From NCBI GenBank assembly GCA_964503595.1, contig CAZDAM010000003.1, positions 5,844 to 69,843 of the forward strand: DNA of 64,000 nt, given 5' to 3'. The stretch comes from an uncultured bacterium. GTDB taxonomy: Bacteria > Muiribacteriota > UBA6191. The notes below the pieces were generated by a model. The model saw only the letters and a list, made by a program, of their open reading frames with translations. It was not told the DNA's origin and did no database searches. Of this stretch, positions 35,792-42,788 are shown in pieces. The number at the start of each line of letters is the position of its first letter. The first letter of the stretch is position 1. Position numbers and translations under genes: made by a program.

Positions 35792-37753
35792 CTACCTCAA
35801 ACTGAAAGACATCATCTCGTTCAGGCTGAAGTCACGGTTGAGAACGCGCAGGCGGATGGAAGAAGTGCGGCTTTCAATCCGGCGCTGAATGAGATGCATG
35901 ATCAGGCGGGAGAGGCGGTTTCCCCAGGGGGTTTTGCAGGACCTGTGCAGGAAGTTCTGCAGAAACTGGGGGCAGTGTTTACGAAACAGGTCATCTTCAA
36001 GGCTTAGAACCAGTTTGACGCTTCCGGGCTGACCCTGGCGTGAAGTCCTTCCATAAAGCTGAAGATCAATCCGGCAGGATTCATATTTCTGGGTGGCCAC
36101 GACATGAAGTCCGCCAAGTTCCTCGACCTCGCGATCCACATGAATATCGGTACCCCGGCCCGCCATATTCGTGGCAATCGTAATGCCGCCGAGTTCTCCG
36201 GCCTTTGCCACAATCTGGGCTTCCTCTTCATGCTTCAGGGCATTTAAGATTGTGCAGGAGAGATCGGAGGCGGCGAGTTCATTGGCCAGCCATTCGCTTT
36301 CTTCTACGGAACGGGTTCCGACAAGAACGGGCTGGTTTTTGCGATGGACTTCGCGAATATGCTTGAGGATGAAGGACCATTTCTCATCAAGGGTGGCGCA
36401 GACGGTGACAGGTTCAAACTCGTAGGTCCGGGGAATGCGCTTGGGGATTTTCATGGTAGGCAGACGGTAGATCTGCCACAGTTCTTCCTGAAGATTCTGA
36501 AGGGTTCCGCTCATGCCTGAGAGGCGCTTGTACAGGCGGAAGTAGCGCTGAAAACTCATGCGGGTATGGGTTTCGGTTGGATCTGATAATTCGAGTTCTT
36601 CCTTGGCTTCAATGGCCTGATGAAGGCCTGAGCCCCAGTTGCGGTGTTCCATGATCCGGCCTGTTGCTTCATCGACAATCACGACTTTGCCTTCTTCATC
36701 AATCAGATACTGCTGGTTGAGGTGATAGAACTCACGGGCAGCCAGGGCCTGATGCACCAGAAACTGGCGTCTTTCCTTGGCTTTCCACATGGCGGGAAGG
36801 GGTCGTACCAGTTCATCCACAAAGCTTTCACCAGCTGGAGTCAGGCGAATGTCCTGGAATTTACGGTTGACGGTGTAGTGTTTGTCGGGTCGCATCTTGC
36901 GGGCGATTTCACAGGCAATCTGGCTGGCTTCCTTGAGAAGTTCGTTTTCTGAGGGGATGGAAATGATCAGCGGGGTGGTGGCCTCATCGGCCAGAACGCT
37001 GTCAGCCTCATCAATGATGGCGGTGTGAAGGCCGCGCATGACCATGGGTTTTGGGGGTCTTCCCTGAAGATTCCGGATTAGAGAACGGTCCCAGTCCAGA
37101 TCCTCCTGGCCCATCCGATCCCGTAGAAAGTCGGCCAGAAGCTCTTTGCTGGTGGTATAGACAATATCGCGGGAATAGGCTTCCTTTCTTTCCCGGGGGC
37201 TCATGGAGCCCGTAACAGAGGCTCCTCTTAGCTGGCAAAGAGAAAACAGGGGCTGCATGAGTTCGGCATCGCGGGAAGCCAGGTAATCATTTGAGGTGAC
37301 AACATGACAGGGAAGGCCGCTCCAGCCTGCCAGAACCGCCGTGATGCCGGCGACGATGGTTTTTCCTTCTCCCGGTTTCATTTCGATCAGGTAGCCATCA
37401 AACTGGGCCAGCACTCCCATGAGCTGAACTGGGTAGGGGCGCATTCCAAGAGAGCGAAAGGATGCTTCGGCCACCAGAGCCAGGGAGTCGGCCAGATTCT
37501 GTTCTTCCGGATTGGGATTTCCACGAAAGATCTTGCGCGCCGATCTGATTTTTTCCTGAAGCTCTTCGGGGGACAGATGGGCATGCTGAAGGGAAATCTG
37601 GTGGATGGCTTCGGCTTTTTTGCGAAAAACCCGCGGGCTTTTGCGCAGGCGGTGGATCAGGCGGAAAAAGGAATGAACCCAGGCATCAAGGCCCTCATAG
37701 GACTTTTTTTCCCTTGGGACGTGAAAGCGCTGGAATTCGGCGGAAAGATCCAT
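35792..37753 (-). CDS. SecA-like translocase ATPase paralog (motor domains only, lacks SecA C-terminal scaffold/wing/CTD)
   Basis: 'MKPGEGKT' Walker A, 'VVTSNDYLASRD', 'IIDEADSVLADEATTPLIIS', 'ATNMAGRGTDI' and 'GGLHVVATQKYESCRIDLQLYGRTSRQGQPGS...SLEDDLFR' are all canonical SecA blocks. Only 653 aa. Confidence 0.8.
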   Translation of the reverse strand: MDLSAEFQRFHVPREKKSYEGLDAWVHSFFRLIHRLRKSPRVFRKKAEAIHQISLQHAHLSPEELQEKIRSARKIFRGNPNPEEQNLADSLALVAEASFRSLGMRPYPVQLMGVLAQFDGYLIEMKPGEGKTIVAGITAVLAGWSGLPCHVVTSNDYLASRDAELMQPLFSLCQLRGASVTGSMSPRERKEAYSRDIVYTTSKELLADFLRDRMGQEDLDWDRSLIRNLQGRPPKPMVMRGLHTAIIDEADSVLADEATTPLIISIPSENELLKEASQIACEIARKMRPDKHYTVNRKFQDIRLTPAGESFVDELVRPLPAMWKAKERRQFLVHQALAAREFYHLNQQYLIDEEGKVVIVDEATGRIMEHRNWGSGLHQAIEAKEELELSDPTETHTRMSFQRYFRLYKRLSGMSGTLQNLQEELWQIYRLPTMKIPKRIPRTYEFEPVTVCATLDEKWSFILKHIREVHRKNQPVLVGTRSVEESEWLANELAASDLSCTILNALKHEEEAQIVAKAGELGGITIATNMAGRGTDIHVDREVEELGGLHVVATQKYESCRIDLQLYGRTSRQGQPGSVKLVLSLEDDLFRKHCPQFLQNFLHRSCKTPWGNRLSRLIMHLIQRRIESRTSSIRLRVLNRDFSLNEMMSFSLR

Positions 37754-37757
37754 TTCG

Positions 37758-39902
37758 TCAGAATTGGTAGCGCTTCTGAAGAAGCTGTTTCAGAAAGAGC
37801 ATGAATTGACCCATCACGGAGGAATCCGCCAGCTCGATACGGATTTCCCCGGTGCGCCCGTGCAGGGTTTTGAGGTTCTCGTGAGGATGGAAGACGGCCC
37901 TGGCTTCAAAGAAGGATTCCTGGGTCTTGAGCCCGTCTTCTCTTTCCACGGCAATATCACCGCCACCGTACCAGCCCAGAGCCATGGAGGGAAGTTCATC
38001 CTTTTCATGGGGAATAACAGTAAACTGGGTGACGGGCAGGGTGATTTCGGACTGCCCCCTGAATTTGAGGCTGGCCTGGGGCTCTTTGAGTTCGAACAGG
38101 TCGTAGGCGTTTTCCTGGGAAACAACGGCCACGAATTCAAGATCCTGAGACGGAAGGATGGCCCCGAGTTCGGCTCCAGCCTTGGCCCAGGTGCCGAGGT
38201 AGCGACGTAGATCCGGGGCAATCCAGGTGCCATTGGTTTTGGCCCGCACGGTAAGTTTGTCCCTGCGATCCTTTAGAAGATCCAGCTTGCGGCCGAGAAA
38301 GGCAATGCGTTCGGAGATGGGCTTCAAATCGGCAACCCGGTTTTCGCGGGCCTTGATTTCAAGCGCTTTGGATTCCTGAATCTGGGCCCCTACCAGCAGA
38401 ATTTCCACGTCCAGATCCGGGTTTTCCAGGCGGGCCAGAATCTGATCCGTCTGAACCACGCTGCCACTGGGGGCAATGATTTCCTTAAGAATACCGGGGG
38501 TCTGATTGTGGATGCGGGTGTAGTCACGAGCATGGATAACACCGGGAGCCCGGATGGAATTGGACATGGGGACATAGAAGAGGAGTCCGATCAGAAGGGA
38601 GATGGTCAGAATGGCGAGGCTTACGGCCCTGAGCCGGACCATTTCCAGGGCCGGATCAAAAAACAGGTAATGTATGAGGTTGTAAACAGGCTTGAGGAGC
38701 CAGGTCCAGGCGGAGATGGCCACGATGATCAGACCGACTTCAAACCACTGGTCCAGAACAAACAGGGCAATCCCGGCAGAAAGCAGAACCCGGTACGCCT
38801 GGGAGGCGAAGCCATAGGAAAGGAGCCAGAAGGACTCGGTGGCACTTGAGGCGGCTCTTTCGATATCCGGCATTCCCAGGATTTTACTTTCCAGAATATA
38901 GCGCCATTCCTCGCGGGATCTCTGGGCCAGATTCGGAATTTCGAGAACATCAGAGAGGATGTAATAGGAATCCAGACGGGTCAGGGGATTTCCATTGAAA
39001 AGAAGGCTTGAAACGGAACCGATGAACATCAGGTTGAAGGCCAGGCTGTTGATGACTCCGGGGCCGGTATGAGACCAGACAATCGTGGCCAGAGCAGCAA
39101 TGAAGAGTTCGACAATCATGCCGGCGGCACCAACCAGGGCTCTTTGCCAGCGGTTTCGGAAGGCCCAGCTTGAAGTGGCATCCATATAGGGCAGGGGAGT
39201 CAGAATCAGAAACATGACCCCCATGGTGTGAACTTCCCCCCCGAAGCGGCGGGTAGCCATGGCATGACCCATTTCATGCAAAAACTTCAGTCCGGCCAGA
39301 CAGATGTAAAGCAGAAAGATATTGGATGGGGCAAGGACTCCCTGGCCACTCTGATAAAGGGCCTGGGGGTTTTCCAGGGCGTACCAGAACCCGGTGAAAA
39401 CCACTAGGGCCCAAACCAGAAACCCTCCCCTGGAGAAAATCATTCTGGTGACATTGTCGTAGCGGACAAGCCAGGTGTGGGGATCCCACAGGGGCATGCG
39501 AAAGAACAGGAAGGACTGGATCTTGCTGGTCAGCTCCTTCTGTTTGGTGCGGGAATAGCGCTCAAAAACGGCCTCTGTATCCGGGGAGTTTTCCACATAA
39601 AGCAGGTTTGAGAGATGAAGCTGGGAGAGGAGACGGATGACGGCGTCCTGGGATGGGGTGTCATCCGGGTTTTCCCGGAGGGATTCTTCCCAGAGATCAT
39701 GCACGGTGGATTTGGGGTTCAGGCGCATGACAAAGCGGTAGGCCTCAGGAGAGAGGCGAAAAAAGCGGGAATTGAAGGGGTCTCTTAAGACGTAGCACAT
39801 TTCCCCACGAAAGAACTGTTTGTGGCTTTGGATGGCGCTGTGAATTCCGGCCCGAAGTTCGGCAACCCGATACCAGGATTCACTGAATAGATTCCCGATC
39901 AT
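37758..39902 (-). CDS. Fusion protein: polytopic M50 (site-2-protease-like) zinc metalloprotease domain plus C-terminal HlyD-like periplasmic adaptor
   Basis: 'HEMGHAM' HExxH sits inside a hydrophobic segment with multiple TMs. The C-terminal 300 aa has biotin-lipoyl-like 'VQTDQILARLENPDLDVEIL', a coiled coil and a beta-barrel. A 4-nt gap to the neighbouring genes. Confidence 0.7.
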   Translation of the reverse strand: MIGNLFSESWYRVAELRAGIHSAIQSHKQFFRGEMCYVLRDPFNSRFFRLSPEAYRFVMRLNPKSTVHDLWEESLRENPDDTPSQDAVIRLLSQLHLSNLLYVENSPDTEAVFERYSRTKQKELTSKIQSFLFFRMPLWDPHTWLVRYDNVTRMIFSRGGFLVWALVVFTGFWYALENPQALYQSGQGVLAPSNIFLLYICLAGLKFLHEMGHAMATRRFGGEVHTMGVMFLILTPLPYMDATSSWAFRNRWQRALVGAAGMIVELFIAALATIVWSHTGPGVINSLAFNLMFIGSVSSLLFNGNPLTRLDSYYILSDVLEIPNLAQRSREEWRYILESKILGMPDIERAASSATESFWLLSYGFASQAYRVLLSAGIALFVLDQWFEVGLIIVAISAWTWLLKPVYNLIHYLFFDPALEMVRLRAVSLAILTISLLIGLLFYVPMSNSIRAPGVIHARDYTRIHNQTPGILKEIIAPSGSVVQTDQILARLENPDLDVEILLVGAQIQESKALEIKARENRVADLKPISERIAFLGRKLDLLKDRRDKLTVRAKTNGTWIAPDLRRYLGTWAKAGAELGAILPSQDLEFVAVVSQENAYDLFELKEPQASLKFRGQSEITLPVTQFTVIPHEKDELPSMALGWYGGGDIAVEREDGLKTQESFFEARAVFHPHENLKTLHGRTGEIRIELADSSVMGQFMLFLKQLLQKRYQF

Positions 39903-39905
39903 GTT

Positions 39906-41753
39906 CTACCACCAGAGGTACAGACGCATGGTGTCCGTAATGCGGTGAAACAGAATCCAGCCGACACTGCGTCTTCCGGCCTTGATGCGGGCCAGGCCGC
40001 TCATGCCGGGTCGCCACCAGCTTTCCGGGCTCTCTACGAACCGGGCCTTCAGTTCGAAGGTGTTCCCGCTTCTGGGGTCTACTCTGGCAACAGGGACCAG
40101 GGTTTCGATTTCAAAGGGGTATTTCATCTGGGGATTGCTCAGAAGAGCCATTTCTCCCTGTCCGGGAACGGTAATCTCATCAATATCTCTTTCGGGAACC
40201 TTCAGGATGAGATACATGGCCTCAGGCTGGGCAATCTGGTACAGAAGATCGCCTTTGTTGATGGGGGCGCCCATCAGCTTTTCCTTTTCCCCCTCAACAA
40301 TGACTCCATCCTGAGGGGCCTTGAGATCGGCCCTGTTCAGGTAGAACCGGACCCGTTCCAGCTCGGCTTTGGCCTGAGCCAGACGGGCTTCGGAGATATT
40401 CATGTCTGCGAGTCGGCCATCGGCACGGGCCTTCTGGGTTTCCCTCTCATAGCGGGTGACTTCGGCCTGGGCTTCGGTGATTTTGAGATGGATTTCCTCG
40501 GTGTCGATCTGAATCAGGGTCTGGCCTTTGGTGACGGTATCCCCGCTATGGGCCAGTACATTCAGAATCACTCCGTCCATGGGGGAGGAAATGTAGGAAA
40601 TCAGATCGGTTTTGAGTTCGGCTCCGACTTCCACATCATAGTCCCAGGTGCCAAAAGTCAGAAACAGAACAGAGGCGAATCCAATCAGGGCCAGGAGCTT
40701 GGCAAAGGAGTTCTCCGGGCCCAGAAGCCACTGAACCTTGTCCTTCAGATAGTTTTTGAGGCGCTCGCCAGCCCATTGATCGTCGGCATGAAGGCGGGCC
40801 AGAACCGGGGCGCTTTGATTGGCAATCAGTCTCAAGGCCATGATTTCCTGGGGGTGGAACCGGCTTGAGGCCTTTTCAATGGTCAGAACTCCGGCGGGCT
40901 CATCCCTGAATCTTAGGGGGAGGCTGATCACCTGAAAGGCACCGCACTGGGACAGAAACTGCTGGTGGGCAGTCTGAATGGTTCCGGGATCCTCATGTCC
41001 GGGGCAGAGGATCTCTTCGTTCTGATCCAGGCTCTCTTCCATGGCATTGGCCAGACGGACACAGGCTTCGGTCTGGGAGTCAAAGCGCTCGAGATGGCTG
41101 ATGGCCTGAATTTTGATATAGGGGTTCTCATGCCAGCCAAGGCTGACCCGGGATACCTGAAACCGGGAGCAGAGATCGTTGACCAGGCTCATGGAGGCCA
41201 GCTGAAACCGCTCGGCCTTCAGAAGCTGGCTGATGACTTCAAGGGAAGAACCGATCATGCCCTGTTCGCGGGTTTCCCCTGTGTCAGGCAGATTTTCCTC
41301 ACTGATCATGGCCAGCAGTCTGGTGCGGATCAGGAGCTCATTCAGGGCTCTTGAGGGCAGGGGGCCCAGAGCCAGAATGATCAGGTGAGGGGTCTGGGAA
41401 CGTTGAGTTTCGTAGGCGATCACGTTCTGAAGTTCGGGAACTTCGGTGCGGATTTTTTCCAGGGCACAGCCTTTTTCCCTCACCCTGGGCAGCATATCCC
41501 GTCCCGATTCGGCGAGCTGTTCCATGAGGGAATTGGCGTGTTCCTTCGGGTTGAATACGGCATCGACCTGAATCTGCTCTGGGCCGGGAGAAAGAATCAG
41601 TCCGGTGTCAGCGCTACAGATTCCACATACGATTCGCAGATAATCGGACCAGAATGCCTCACTTTTTGGCATCTGGCGCAGGGTTTGAAGTTCTGAAAAA
41701 TACTGGGTCTGGTTCATGGGGAACTCGATTCTTCCGGTTCCGAATTTTCTCAT
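39906..41753 (-). CDS. HlyD-family membrane fusion protein with a roughly 330-aa cytoplasmic N-terminal (GAF-like?) domain
   Basis: Single TM 'LLALIGFASVLFLTFGTW'. Then 'GDTVTKGQTLIQIDTEEIHLKITEAQAEV' lipoyl-like, a coiled coil, and a C-terminal beta-barrel 'ARIKAGRRSVGWILF'. Confidence 0.65.
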   Translation of the reverse strand: MRKFGTGRIEFPMNQTQYFSELQTLRQMPKSEAFWSDYLRIVCGICSADTGLILSPGPEQIQVDAVFNPKEHANSLMEQLAESGRDMLPRVREKGCALEKIRTEVPELQNVIAYETQRSQTPHLIILALGPLPSRALNELLIRTRLLAMISEENLPDTGETREQGMIGSSLEVISQLLKAERFQLASMSLVNDLCSRFQVSRVSLGWHENPYIKIQAISHLERFDSQTEACVRLANAMEESLDQNEEILCPGHEDPGTIQTAHQQFLSQCGAFQVISLPLRFRDEPAGVLTIEKASSRFHPQEIMALRLIANQSAPVLARLHADDQWAGERLKNYLKDKVQWLLGPENSFAKLLALIGFASVLFLTFGTWDYDVEVGAELKTDLISYISSPMDGVILNVLAHSGDTVTKGQTLIQIDTEEIHLKITEAQAEVTRYERETQKARADGRLADMNISEARLAQAKAELERVRFYLNRADLKAPQDGVIVEGEKEKLMGAPINKGDLLYQIAQPEAMYLILKVPERDIDEITVPGQGEMALLSNPQMKYPFEIETLVPVARVDPRSGNTFELKARFVESPESWWRPGMSGLARIKAGRRSVGWILFHRITDTMRLYLWW

Positions 41754-41910
41754 GGATATCCGGATTTGACCAGTTTCGCTTTATCGATTCATAAAGTTCA
41801 TTTAAGGTATTGAAAATAGATCATTTCTATTCTTACGTATGGTAGAATTGTCCCCTGAATTTGCCGATTTTTCAGGTGTTAGAGATAAATTTAGGTAGTA
41901 CAGGAGTCCT

Positions 41911-42660
41911 ATGTTTAAAAAGATTGTGCCGATCACTAAAGATGCCCATAAGAAAACAAAGATCAAAGCGTTGGCAAATTTCGAGTTTGCGAAGGACGTC
42001 AACCTTGCGGCCGTGATGGTCCATGAGTTTTCCCGTGCGGCAGCGACTTACCCGATTGTGTTTCTGGAAGACAAGGAAAAGGACCAGTTCCGTCCTACGG
42101 TTCTTCTGGGCCTTGAGCAGGGCGAAAACCTGTTTGTGAAGGAAGGAAAGTGGGAGGCTTCGTACATCCCGGCCATCATCCGCCGCTATCCTTTTGCCCT
42201 GGCAAATACAAACGAAGCGGATAAGTACACAATCTGCCTCGATGAAGGCAGCGATCTGGTTAATGATAAAGACGGCCAGGAGCTTTTCGACGGCAAGGGC
42301 GAACCAAGTGAGCTGATGGAGCGCGTGAAGCGCTATCTGGGCGAGCTTCAGCAGATGGAGCGTTTCACTCAGGAGTTCTGTGCAGCGATGTCCCATCTGA
42401 ACATGTTCACTCCCCTGAATATGAAAGTGCGCCTTGGCAATGAAATCAAAAACATCAATGGGGCCTATGTCATCAATGAAGAGCGCCTGGGCTCTCTTTC
42501 GGATGAAAAATTCATCGAGCTTCGCAAGAAGCAATACATTCCGGTGATTTACTCCCACCTGAGCAGTCTGTCCCAGATTGAGCGTCTTCTGACCTTCAAG
42601 GACAAGAAGGGTGGAGTGACTCCAGATGCCATCGAACAGTTCTCGGAGACCGTGAATTGA
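41911..42660 (+). CDS. SapC family protein
   Basis: About 250 aa with 'YPIVFL' and 'PAIIRRYPF' blocks, which I recognise as the SapC family (named from the Campylobacter fetus S-layer secretion locus). Divergent from the HlyD/SecA-like operon. Confidence 0.6.
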   Translation: MFKKIVPITKDAHKKTKIKALANFEFAKDVNLAAVMVHEFSRAAATYPIVFLEDKEKDQFRPTVLLGLEQGENLFVKEGKWEASYIPAIIRRYPFALANTNEADKYTICLDEGSDLVNDKDGQELFDGKGEPSELMERVKRYLGELQQMERFTQEFCAAMSHLNMFTPLNMKVRLGNEIKNINGAYVINEERLGSLSDEKFIELRKKQYIPVIYSHLSSLSQIERLLTFKDKKGGVTPDAIEQFSETVN

Positions 42661-42680
42661 GTTTGGTTCTCTTCTGTATC

Positions 42681-42739
42681 CCTCCGCCGTGCCAGGCGGA
42701 GGAATGAAAACAATCGGGATTCCGCTACAGGTGTAGCGG
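42681..42739 (+). other. Two tandem GC-rich hairpins between sapC and the giant gene (possible attenuator/terminator)
   Basis: cctccgcc-gtgcca-ggcggagg (8-bp stem) and ccgctac-aggt-gtagcgg (7-bp stem) followed by a T-rich tract. Confidence 0.4.
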
Positions 42740-42788
42740 GGTCCCTTTGGTGTTTCTTGGCAATTTTCGAAAAACGCAGGAAAAACTT

